From positions 1 to 27,538 of the forward strand of contig CAIWSB010000109.1 of NCBI GenBank assembly GCA_903915225.1: 27,538 nt of DNA, given 5' to 3'. The translations under genes and the position numbers were made by a program. Shown piece by piece: positions 15,441 through 23,708 of the stretch. Numbering within the stretch: the stretch's first letter is position 1; each line of letters begins with the position of its first letter. Source of the DNA: an uncultured Candidatus Woesearchaeota archaeon. GTDB taxonomy: Archaea; Nanobdellota; Nanobdellia; Woesearchaeales; B29-G15. The notes beneath the pieces were generated by a model. It was given only the letters and a program-made list of their open reading frames with translations. It made no database searches and had not been told where the DNA came from.

Positions 15441-16364
15441 TCAGCTGGTCCGACTTGGGAGATATACCAACAGGATGGCCAAGCCCAGGGCATATTTTAT
15501 TGCCAAATGAATAGCCAATACGGCCCCGATAATGCCTGCATCTGCCACGAATCCACTGAATAACACAAAACCGAGTCCTTCGCGGATGCCAAGCCCATCA
15601 GCGCTTATTGGGACAAGCCCGGCAACTGTTAATATGCAGTTAATAATCCATACCACGTAAAGGGGCACATAGACACCTAAGGCCAGGAACAAAACGTAAG
15701 TGCTCAGGGCCATAAAGAACCATTTGACAGCTGTCAGAACAACATTGATCACCAGAAGCCAAAAATGGTTCCTGAGGAACCAGAGGAATTCTTTCTGGAA
15801 TTGCCCCACGCTTAGGTTCACTTTGCTGGCCCACCGTGAGATTAATTTTGTGATTAGCTTTTTAGTGTGCCTGGATAAAATAATTGCCAAGACCAAGATG
15901 CAGCCTGCACCAACGAGGGCGCAAAGAACCAGGAGTTGCGGCTTGTCCCTGAAAAGGATTAGGATTCCTGCAAATGAGATAGCTATGACAACGAGAACAG
16001 TGCACAGCTTGTCAAATATTGACACAATGAGCGTGTGCCTCATGCGAAAATTCTCCTTCTTTAGCAAGAGAACCAGGGAGAACTCTCCGATTTTACTAGG
16101 GAGGAAAATCCCCACTGCCCAGGCGACTAGATAGTGCCAGGATAATTTGAGCAGGCCAATCTTATATTTGAAACCCTTTAGGAGTATTTGTATATTAAGT
16201 GCGCCGATTATAATGCTAACAAATGAGATAATAATGACCAATGCCAGCAATCCTGGCTGAACCTTCACCAGGGCCTGAAGGGTTTTGGATATGCCTATCT
16301 TATAGAATACAAATGCGACTAAAATGGCACTCACAAAAATCTTTATCCATCCATTGACTCTCAT
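15441..16364 (-). CDS. polytopic membrane protein of the UPF0104 / LPG-synthase-TM 'flippase-like' family
   Basis: 307 aa, about 8 TM helices. C-terminal LVPISADGLGIREGLGFVLFSGFV resembles the conserved G-x-G-x-x-E region of MprF-type flippase domains. ATGA-coupled to the upstream Dol-P-sugar-synthase-like GT2, a frequent pairing. Confidence 0.5.
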   Translation of the reverse strand: MRVNGWIKIFVSAILVAFVFYKIGISKTLQALVKVQPGLLALVIIISFVSIIIGALNIQILLKGFKYKIGLLKLSWHYLVAWAVGIFLPSKIGEFSLVLLLKKENFRMRHTLIVSIFDKLCTVLVVIAISFAGILILFRDKPQLLVLCALVGAGCILVLAIILSRHTKKLITKLISRWASKVNLSVGQFQKEFLWFLRNHFWLLVINVVLTAVKWFFMALSTYVLFLALGVYVPLYVVWIINCILTVAGLVPISADGLGIREGLGFVLFSGFVADAGIIGAVLAIHLAIKYALGLAILLVYLPSRTS

Positions 16365-17248
16365 TTCCTTAGCATGTCAGCCAGGAACCCGAAGAGTATA
16401 ATCTGGATTCCGGTGAATATGAGCAGGGCCGTCAGTATTACACGGGGTGTGCCGCCGGCACCACCCAGCAGGAGAATGCGTGCTATAATTAATGCCCCAA
16501 GTACTACTCCCGCAAACACAAATACTGCCCCCAGTGAGCCGAAAAACTTTATGGGGTCAAAATCACGGTAAATCCTGAGTATATTAATCCAGGCCTTTAT
16601 GGCATACTGCAGCGGGTTTGAAAATAGCCTGCTTTTACGGGTTTTGCGCGTGTCAACTGGGACCTCACATATGGCAAACCCCTGCTTGGCTGCCTTGATT
16701 ATCTGCTCCTGGGTGTAGGTGAATGAATTGATTATCTCAATGCCCTCGGCCACATCGCGGGTGAACGCCCGGAAACCGGTTGTAGTATCCGTGAGCTTGG
16801 TTTTGATTAGCCCGCTTATTACCCTGGCAAACATCATATTCCCAAGCCTTTTTGTCCAAGGCATGCCCTCAATCTTGCCCTGGAACCTTGAGCCAAGCAC
16901 CAGGTCGTAGCCTTCCTCAATCCTTTTCAGCAGCCGCGGAATACCCTCTGCACGATACTGCCCATCTGCATCTGTGTGGACGATTACGTCTGGGTTGAGC
17001 TTGAGTGCCTCCCTGAGCTCATCCCTGAATGTCACCGCAAGCCCCAGGTTGCGCTTGTGGGAGAAAACAATTGCTCCGTGCTCTTCGGCGATATGCGCAG
17101 TATTATCTGAGGAGCCGTCATTATAGACCATTACCCTGCACTTGTAATTGGTTTTAGAAATGACCCCTTTTATCTCACTGAGCACTCGCCCTATGGTTTT
17201 CTCCTCATTGAACGCGGGGATGCATATGAGTACGTTTTCAATTCTCAT
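16361..17248 (-). CDS. GT2 polyprenyl(dolichyl)-phosphate sugar synthase with C-terminal TM anchor (AglD/GtrB/ArnC/DPMS-like)
   Basis: 295 aa. ICIPAFNEEKTIGRVL…, DAD in VHTDADGQY. C-terminal pair of TM helices (FFGSLGAVFVFAGVVLGALIIARILLLGGAGGTPRVILTALLIFTGIQIILFGFLADMLRK), characteristic of bactoprenol/dolichol-phosphate hexose synthases. Starts 1 nt after the aglB stop. Confidence 0.8.
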   Translation of the reverse strand: MRIENVLICIPAFNEEKTIGRVLSEIKGVISKTNYKCRVMVYNDGSSDNTAHIAEEHGAIVFSHKRNLGLAVTFRDELREALKLNPDVIVHTDADGQYRAEGIPRLLKRIEEGYDLVLGSRFQGKIEGMPWTKRLGNMMFARVISGLIKTKLTDTTTGFRAFTRDVAEGIEIINSFTYTQEQIIKAAKQGFAICEVPVDTRKTRKSRLFSNPLQYAIKAWINILRIYRDFDPIKFFGSLGAVFVFAGVVLGALIIARILLLGGAGGTPRVILTALLIFTGIQIILFGFLADMLRK

Positions 17249-17249
17249 C

Positions 17250-20057
17250 TTATGACGGCAGGCAGCTCCAGTTTAGCTTCCAGACAAATAGGTTGCCACC
17301 AGTGAATTCCCTTCCCTTGGAAAATGGAGAGAAGCATTTCAAGTCTTTCCCTGAATAGAAGAACAGCTTTGTGAAGATGCTTGTTGCCAGACTGCCCTGT
17401 GAGAGTTCGCTCGTATAAGTTCCGTCAAGTGTCTCCGATGGAATCAGGTTGAGCGAGAGCCCGATAGTATTCTTGCTGTAGTTCTTCTCAATGAAGCCTC
17501 CGTTGATTGAGGTGTAGACAAACTGGTCAGGGAATACCTTCCCATCCTTGGTTTGGATTGAGACGTTCATTGACTTTAGGTTTATCTCAAAAGGGAGCAC
17601 AGTGTTGCTCCCAACAGAGTGCGTGCAAAGCAGCTTGTCATTTTGTGCAGTGCATTTCACCGGGTCAGAGGCATACCCTGGCCAGGGTGCAATCCATTGG
17701 TCTGCATCAATGTTCTTAATCTCTGAAAAGAGGCGCAGAGCCTGTTCCTGGGAAACATTATACTTCTCTGCTAGGAGTTTGATTGCTGGATCTTTCTCCA
17801 GTGGAGAGACATCATGGTACATTGAAGCCCGCACAAAGTTCCAGCTCCCAAAGTGGGCCCATACACCTGATTTATCTACCATATCAGCAGAGGTGATGAA
17901 GTAGTCCTCTGGCGGCGCGCAATGGGTGTATGTCAGCACCTTGTCTATTGTGGCCTGCTTAACGCCTTCTGACTTCAGGGTTGCTGCAGCATCGCTCTTG
18001 CTTTGCTCAACTATTTTGTAAAGTATGGAGACACTCTTGGGCGTGTCATTCAGCGCGCCGTTAAGCACCTCAAATGCAGTGTTGGATCCGCAGTCCAGCA
18101 TCCTCAAAATCCCTGCCGCCTCCAGCTCATCATCTGTGAGCAGGACGCGCCCTATCCAGTGGGCCATGGGTGAGTTTTGTGAAGCCCCATCGAATGTTAC
18201 CGCACGGTCTGCAAAGGTCTTGAACCAGTGCCCGTAATCCCACCAGGAATTAATAATTGCGTTTGTGGCAGATTCGTTCTTTATCTTGGTAAGTGCAGTC
18301 ACCCATGCGTCATTAATCAAAGGGACGTCACCGCGAACTGTGTTATACCCTGTCTTGACAGGGCTATTGAATGGGTTAAACAGCAGCAGCAGGAGCACAA
18401 TGGTAATCAAAACCTTTGAGAGCCCTTCCCCTATGCTGAGCCCCTTTGAGAACGATTTATGGACCACCTCAAAAAGTTTTCCAATTGCAACACCAAAGCC
18501 AATTGCATACATTGGTGCCAGGAGCAGTGTGAACCTAACACCACGGACTGATGCAAAGAATGTAAACAGCAGCCAGATTAGGCCCAAGGCAGAGAACTCT
18601 ATGCTCACATGCTCTTTGCTCCAGAGCAGCTGGATGAATCTTGCAAGGTATGGGATTGCCACGAGAATGTCAAAAAGGAGCGCATCCTCTGGCAGCACTA
18701 GGAAGAGGATTACGAATAGGTAGATGAATCCGACTAGGAGCATTATCCAGTCCTTGCGGGACAGCTTTTTTAGGTTGAATGCAGTAAGATATATCCCCAC
18801 AAGTGCGGTGAAAAAGAACAGGGTGCCGCCCATAGCAGAGAGAACTTTTGCGACAGTGAGTGCGTTCTGCTCTGCAACAGTGGTCATCACGTTAGGCCAT
18901 ACAGTGAATGTGGCCACGGACTTGAGGAAGTAATAGGATATTGGCTCTAAGAAAAACCCATTATAGAACTCCATAACTCCCTTGAATAGGCTAACAAAAA
19001 AGCCCGAGACCACAATGAAGGTTAAGCCTGCAAGTGCGTTATTCTTGAATTCCTTATCCAGAATTTGTTTCCTGGTTATCAGGCTCTTCACAATATTAAA
19101 GGCAAAGTAACCGATTATGACAACAAAAAGGAGGTCAAATATGAACCACCATTCCCAGATGAGGCTGAATATGCCAACTGAGAGCCCCGCAAGGCTTGCG
19201 AATATTATCTTTGAGATAGTGCCGCGGCGCTGGAATGCTTCAATGAACAGCCACGCGACTAGCAGTGGGAAGAACACGTTGTAGGCATCTGTGTCTGCAA
19301 AGCCTCCTGCTGTCCTGGAAATTACTGGGGCTGAGACTGCCAGCAGAACCGCAGCCACGAACCCGCCAATATTGCCTGCGAAGCGCTTCCCCAGGAAGAA
19401 TATTGGGATTATGCTTAGGGCTGAGAATATTATCGGGATCCAGAAGGTTGACCCCATGAGGTCTTTTACGCCGAAGTGGCTTACGAACTTATACCAGTAG
19501 GCGATTATGTAAGGGTGCAGGTTGAAAAACATCTCGGTTCCCAGAGGAGCAATCATGTGGTCGTTCCAGGGGACGCCGTTATTCAGCTTGTCATATATAT
19601 GTCCCGTCTTGAGCACGTTCTGGGCCTTCCTGTAGTATGCATACTCGTCAATGCCCGTCATGTATGTGTAGTTATACTGGTCTTTGAGTTGGGATTTGAA
19701 ATAGGCGGAGTATTTGGCTATCTCTGCATTTATTTCTACCTTATGCTGATCCAGGGTTTGCTGGAAGGTTGTGTCCAGGAGCTCCTGCTTCTGGGCGTCA
19801 GGGAGCGTGGGATGCTGCTTGTTAATGTCAGCGATTATTGAATTCTGGATACTATTGTAAACAGTCTGCTGCGCCCAGGTATCTGTAACTGGTAAAGTGG
19901 CGGGAGGCATCCTCACCAAGATGGATAATATCAGCGGGATAAGTATCAGAACTAATGTGACCAGCCAGGTCTTCTTAAACAGCCAAAAATTGGAAAATCC
20001 CTTTGTAGCTTTCTTTAACGATGAAAACACTTTTGTGAACTCTATTTCCTTTTCCAT
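17250..20057 (-). CDS. aglB: oligosaccharyltransferase AglB (STT3 family)
   Basis: The ORF contains the hallmark WWDYGHWF motif and a DK-type motif (DMVDKSGVW), after 13 TM-helix-like segments and a large C-terminal soluble domain. Start assigned to the ATG at 20057, with GGGGGTG SD-like 4 nt upstream. The ORF track's 20090 start is a GTG that abuts a TATA-like ATTTATAAAAAAG box and is unlikely. Confidence 0.9.
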   Translation of the reverse strand: MEKEIEFTKVFSSLKKATKGFSNFWLFKKTWLVTLVLILIPLILSILVRMPPATLPVTDTWAQQTVYNSIQNSIIADINKQHPTLPDAQKQELLDTTFQQTLDQHKVEINAEIAKYSAYFKSQLKDQYNYTYMTGIDEYAYYRKAQNVLKTGHIYDKLNNGVPWNDHMIAPLGTEMFFNLHPYIIAYWYKFVSHFGVKDLMGSTFWIPIIFSALSIIPIFFLGKRFAGNIGGFVAAVLLAVSAPVISRTAGGFADTDAYNVFFPLLVAWLFIEAFQRRGTISKIIFASLAGLSVGIFSLIWEWWFIFDLLFVVIIGYFAFNIVKSLITRKQILDKEFKNNALAGLTFIVVSGFFVSLFKGVMEFYNGFFLEPISYYFLKSVATFTVWPNVMTTVAEQNALTVAKVLSAMGGTLFFFTALVGIYLTAFNLKKLSRKDWIMLLVGFIYLFVILFLVLPEDALLFDILVAIPYLARFIQLLWSKEHVSIEFSALGLIWLLFTFFASVRGVRFTLLLAPMYAIGFGVAIGKLFEVVHKSFSKGLSIGEGLSKVLITIVLLLLLFNPFNSPVKTGYNTVRGDVPLINDAWVTALTKIKNESATNAIINSWWDYGHWFKTFADRAVTFDGASQNSPMAHWIGRVLLTDDELEAAGILRMLDCGSNTAFEVLNGALNDTPKSVSILYKIVEQSKSDAAATLKSEGVKQATIDKVLTYTHCAPPEDYFITSADMVDKSGVWAHFGSWNFVRASMYHDVSPLEKDPAIKLLAEKYNVSQEQALRLFSEIKNIDADQWIAPWPGYASDPVKCTAQNDKLLCTHSVGSNTVLPFEINLKSMNVSIQTKDGKVFPDQFVYTSINGGFIEKNYSKNTIGLSLNLIPSETLDGTYTSELSQGSLATSIFTKLFFYSGKDLKCFSPFSKGREFTGGNLFVWKLNWSCLPS

Positions 20058-20090
20058 GACTACACCCCCGTTCTGCTTGTAAAATGGCAC

Positions 20091-20153
20091 CTTTTTTATA
20101 AATCTTTTCTTAAACCGAGCATTGCACGCAAATCAGCCCGGTTTTTGTGCCAA
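20091..20153 (-). promoter_or_regulatory. aglB operon promoter module: conserved 21-nt core TGATTTGCGTGCAATGCTCGG immediately upstream of BRE/TATA-like AAGAAAAGATTTATAAAAAAG
   Basis: Read on the minus strand. The core at 20115-20135 is 17/21 identical to a core upstream of the next gene (21545-21565), and both are followed by purine-rich BRE + TATA-like boxes. Confidence 0.45.
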
Positions 20154-20246
20154 TCCTACACATTTAATGCGTAGAATGAGGTTTATTTGCAAAGCAAGTG
20201 AAGCTTACCACTGCCAGATTATCTTCTCCAAAATATTTAATCGAAA

Positions 20247-21458
20247 CTAATGCAGGTTAACCCCCTGTGCGATGAACATGGCTTTATCTCTCGGGTTGTC
20301 CTTTAATGCCTCCTTATAAGCTTCAACATATCTCGCAGCAGGCGTGACACCATCATATATTCTTGTTTGTATTTCCCTAATTACGCTCTTTGGCACAAAT
20401 TGGCCATTAAAACTCCGGTCAAACTTTCCTTTAGGCCCGGGTTTCCTGTAAGGACGAAGCGTAGCTAGAATTGGTTCAAGTTCCTGTTCCCAATGCCGAA
20501 TCATCTCCTGCCTGATTGGCACTTTTACAACCTCTCTGCCAATTATAGAATCAATCTCCTCTGCATCTGTGATGGAATATTCTTTAGCTTGCAAAACCTG
20601 CGCTTCCATTAGTTCTAGTGAAACGCAGGGCACTTTCTTCGTTGCAGATATGCGGGATTGCAGCGCCCTTAATAGAAGATTTGTATAAGCCACTGTGGCA
20701 AAATAATTGGGATCGACATCAGCAGCTCTCACTTCCAATGTGCCTGTCTCTCTGTGGATGAGCAAAGGAAATTCATAACTTGGAACTTCATTCTCCTGTT
20801 CACAAACCCTTAGCTCGCTTTTAGAGATCACTATCTCTGGGGCTGCCAACCGAGATACTAGTGTTGAACCTAATCGGGAGCACATCTTTTCAGGTTCAAA
20901 ACATGTTTTTTCAGAAAAGGAATTCGCAGAAAAGGCAACAATCCTCCAGAGTTCTCCCCTTAACGCATTGAACAAGAGCGCTGTGTCAAGTACGCTTCCT
21001 GCTGACCAGTGAAGGTGAAACCCATAGGATTTTCTCTCAGTGAATGGTTCAATGCCAGCGTACAAAGGCTTTAATCCAAGCTTCTCTGCTTCCTCTTCAA
21101 GAACAGAGTCAACCATCCTATCAAACACCCATTCCTGATAAGGGGTCCTGAAAACCCCGCGGGTAATCTCCAGATTGCTCTTGGCTTCTAAGGGTCTGGT
21201 GAAAATAATCTTGAAATCTGCATACGGTTTCTTAATTAGTCTCCTAAACCGCATATTCAAGTTATCCTGGAGTTTGTCAACCAGGCGAATATCGTTAACT
21301 GCCCTCCTGGTGTCTGCTTTAATTATAATTAGCTTTCCATCAATCCCAAATTGCCCAAATTCTTCTGGGAGAAATCTTTCTATTTTCACCAAGGAAAGCC
21401 TTCTGTATCTCTCCGGCGTGATTGGCCTATTCACAATAGGGGGTTTTGGATTTTCCAT
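20247..21458 (-). CDS. carboxylate-amine ligase of the glutamate-cysteine-ligase family 2 (GCS2 / YbdK-like, glutamine-synthetase fold)
   Basis: 403 aa. Matches to E. coli YbdK landmarks: GIDGKLIIIKAD vs GIELEMQVVNP; YGFHLHWSAGSV vs GQHVHVGCASGD; HRETGTLEVRAADVDP vs PHFGTVEVRVMDTP. Assignment rests on these motifs only. Confidence 0.5.
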   Translation of the reverse strand: MENPKPPIVNRPITPERYRRLSLVKIERFLPEEFGQFGIDGKLIIIKADTRRAVNDIRLVDKLQDNLNMRFRRLIKKPYADFKIIFTRPLEAKSNLEITRGVFRTPYQEWVFDRMVDSVLEEEAEKLGLKPLYAGIEPFTERKSYGFHLHWSAGSVLDTALLFNALRGELWRIVAFSANSFSEKTCFEPEKMCSRLGSTLVSRLAAPEIVISKSELRVCEQENEVPSYEFPLLIHRETGTLEVRAADVDPNYFATVAYTNLLLRALQSRISATKKVPCVSLELMEAQVLQAKEYSITDAEEIDSIIGREVVKVPIRQEMIRHWEQELEPILATLRPYRKPGPKGKFDRSFNGQFVPKSVIREIQTRIYDGVTPAARYVEAYKEALKDNPRDKAMFIAQGVNLH

Positions 21459-21519
21459 TCTTTTCTAAACGTAATATCACTGCGGACCCATCCTTATTTA
21501 TTACCATTTAGGAGTAGCT

Positions 21520-21580
21520 AAACACTTAAAAACCTTTTCCTAATCGGGGCATAGCACACAAATCATCCAATTTTTTGCAA
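21520..21580 (-). promoter_or_regulatory. promoter module of the GCS2-like ligase gene: core TGATTTGTGTGCTATGCCCCG followed by ATTAGGAAAAGGTTTTTAAG (BRE/TATA-like)
   Basis: Read on the minus strand. Homologous to the aglB upstream module, with a gapped alignment over ~60 nt. Lies 60-120 nt upstream of the ATG at 21458; the ORF cannot be extended, so a 5' UTR is implied. Confidence 0.4.
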
Positions 21581-21621
21581 GTAGTTTTTTTTGCGCAGAA
21601 TTGATTTTATGAATCTAGCTC

Positions 21622-22701
21622 TTAAACAAGGTATCTCAAGAATAAGAGGAGCTTCGGTTGTTTGATTGCAAGGCCAAAACCCCAGGTTGTGAGCCTGTCC
21701 CTGCTATGGCTTTGGAGCATATCCCGCGCGGCACCAGATTTCAGCGTGCTAAGTAACTTGTCAATCTCGTCGGGAGGCATTTTGTTCATCATTCTGAATA
21801 TTGCCCTATGAGCAGTTAATTCAGGTGCGAGCTTCAGCCACCAGAGCACATCATAGTTTTTTCCTGTTATTATGGAATCTGCACATATCTGTGCGGATTT
21901 TAAGCCGGGGACAATCCCTCCGCCTGTGGTTGCCTTGACAAAGCCGCCAGCGTCGCCAATCAAGTATGCCTTCCCTCCGGACCTAAGGCCAATTGGATTG
22001 AAAAGCGGTATTAGCCCGCCAGTTAACTCAAGTTGTTTTTTTCCAACTAATTTTGAGCGCCTCAAGAGAGAATTAAATGGCCCAAAGGGATCGCCCATTG
22101 TTGCGACACCGGCTCTCACTATATTCCTGCTCTCTGGAACAACCCAACCAAAGCCATTTCCCAGGTAGAATTCAACCCGGTTATTGTTCCTGGAATAAAT
22201 TAGGGCTTGCCTGGCATTAAGCATCTTTTTGTTCCTGTAGAGCCCGAGTGCCTTGGCTGTAACGGAGAGAGGACCATCTGCGCCAATAATGCAGTCTGCC
22301 TTGAATTTTCCTATATGTTTAGTATATAATATATATGTGGGCCCTTCCTGTACTATGCGCTCAACACGGGTTCTAAGCCGGATTTTGGCCCCCGCCCGGA
22401 GTGCGAGCCCTGAAATGTACCTGTCAAACCTCTCCCTATCCAGCACGAGGTTTGGCTCGGTTATCCTCAGCCCGATTGAGGTTTTCTCTCCATGAATAAC
22501 AGCCTCAGAGATTTGGTTTTGAATAATCCCCTTTGACGGCTTTACCAGGTCAAGTAGGTCTCGGGTGACGATGCCAGTGCATTGAACAGGTTTCCCAATT
22601 TTGGGGTGTTCCTCAAAAACAGTCACACTGTGGCCCGCTTTTGCCAACAAGTAGGCAGCATAGCAGCCAACTGGCCCTGCGCCAATCACAGAGATAATCA
22701 T
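21622..22701 (-). CDS. FAD-dependent geranylgeranyl reductase family oxidoreductase (archaeal lipid / polyprenyl saturation)
   Basis: 359 aa. N-terminal FAD-binding fold MIISVIGAGPVGCYAAYLLAKAGHSVTVFEE. LIGDAGGFVKATTGGGI matches the GGR family LIGDAAG…P.TGEGI motif. TATA-like AAATATAAG about 25-33 nt upstream of the ATG, which implies a leaderless transcript. Confidence 0.75.
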   Translation of the reverse strand: MIISVIGAGPVGCYAAYLLAKAGHSVTVFEEHPKIGKPVQCTGIVTRDLLDLVKPSKGIIQNQISEAVIHGEKTSIGLRITEPNLVLDRERFDRYISGLALRAGAKIRLRTRVERIVQEGPTYILYTKHIGKFKADCIIGADGPLSVTAKALGLYRNKKMLNARQALIYSRNNNRVEFYLGNGFGWVVPESRNIVRAGVATMGDPFGPFNSLLRRSKLVGKKQLELTGGLIPLFNPIGLRSGGKAYLIGDAGGFVKATTGGGIVPGLKSAQICADSIITGKNYDVLWWLKLAPELTAHRAIFRMMNKMPPDEIDKLLSTLKSGAARDMLQSHSRDRLTTWGFGLAIKQPKLLLFLRYLV

Positions 22702-22832
22702 GCAAATCTAACCTCGGCGGGGCTTATATTTCTTTTGATAATTTATTTTTACTATTACTTAATGACTACAAATAGTAAGGTTTATAAGGGGGTTCGATTT
22801 CTTGAAATTGGTTATTATATTTGGTGAATATT

Positions 22833-23633
22833 ATGAAGAAGACAAGTATAGGAGTTTGTTTGCTAGGGAGCGCAGCAGTTGTAGCAATTGCCTCCCTTAA
22901 CGGTGCAGCAGCAGATTATTATGCAGCAAGGGAATTTGAGATAATGGAGCAGCCCAATGCTCCTGCTGTTTCACTGAACGTGACTATTGGAAAAGAAGCC
23001 ACCTTAGGAGAAGCTAAGGTTACATTGGGACTCCCACTTGATGCACATGGGCTGATAGCTTTAGATACAAAGGTTTCCTCAGATTTTAAAGTCCAGGATG
23101 AGAAGCTCACAGCTGAGGCCCATAAGGGCCTAGCAATTTCAATGGGAGATGGTTTTGCTTACATTGGGGGCATTGCTTCTTTTGGAATGCACAGCGAGCG
23201 CTCACAAGAAAACCCAGGTGTTTTTGACTATGGTTTTGGAGCCGAGCTCTCACTTGCCTTGGGCCTTGAGCCAGTGGTGCTAAGCGTGAGAGGGGATTAT
23301 AGGGATTTGCAATCATGGGATCCGGTTTGCGGTGTAACGGGAAATGAACAGAGCATTAATGCTGCCCTGAGGGCAAACACCGGTTATTTCCAAGGAGAGG
23401 TTAGATTCAATGAATCCAAGGAGGATGGTGTTGCTCATCAGGAGTTGGAACTTGAAGCCATGGTCCGCGTTTATCGCGACCTTGTTTTTGGAGGCACCAT
23501 TGGCTCTCGCGGAGCATCAGTTATTGGAGGAATTTCCAATTCAGATGTGACATTTTTACTGGGTTACGGTGACGAGGGTTTCAAGCTCGAAGCCGACGTG
23601 AAAATTCCAAAGATTCCAATTAGTCACTATTAA
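22833..23633 (+). CDS. secreted beta-rich hypothetical protein (paralogue 1)
   Basis: Start placed at the ATG at 22833 (MKKTSIGVCLLGSAAVVAIASLNGAAADYY, a classic signal peptide); the ORF-track start at 22821 is a GTG. Gly-rich mature part with alternating hydrophobic/polar pattern, ends in …ISHY. Confidence 0.55.
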   Translation: MKKTSIGVCLLGSAAVVAIASLNGAAADYYAAREFEIMEQPNAPAVSLNVTIGKEATLGEAKVTLGLPLDAHGLIALDTKVSSDFKVQDEKLTAEAHKGLAISMGDGFAYIGGIASFGMHSERSQENPGVFDYGFGAELSLALGLEPVVLSVRGDYRDLQSWDPVCGVTGNEQSINAALRANTGYFQGEVRFNESKEDGVAHQELELEAMVRVYRDLVFGGTIGSRGASVIGGISNSDVTFLLGYGDEGFKLEADVKIPKIPISHY

Positions 23634-23708
23634 ATAATAGTTAAACATAGTAAAATTTAAATAGTTGGTGTGTATATATGGACAAAAAGAATTCAGGGGG
23701 TCGGGATT

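Noticed and set aside
17507-20082. Series of plus-strand ORFs (e.g. 17548..17904, 18265..18723, 19476..19841) antisense to aglB
   Set aside because: They are embedded in the aglB coding region and have no recognisable motifs. They are typical shadow ORFs.
20111-20153. Sigma-54-type -24/-12 promoter (TGGCAC…TTGC) within the aglB upstream motif
   Set aside because: The TGGCAC and TTGC elements are 14 nt apart instead of the required 5 nt, and the surrounding signals (BRE/TATA, archaeal gene content) do not fit a bacterial sigma-54 promoter.
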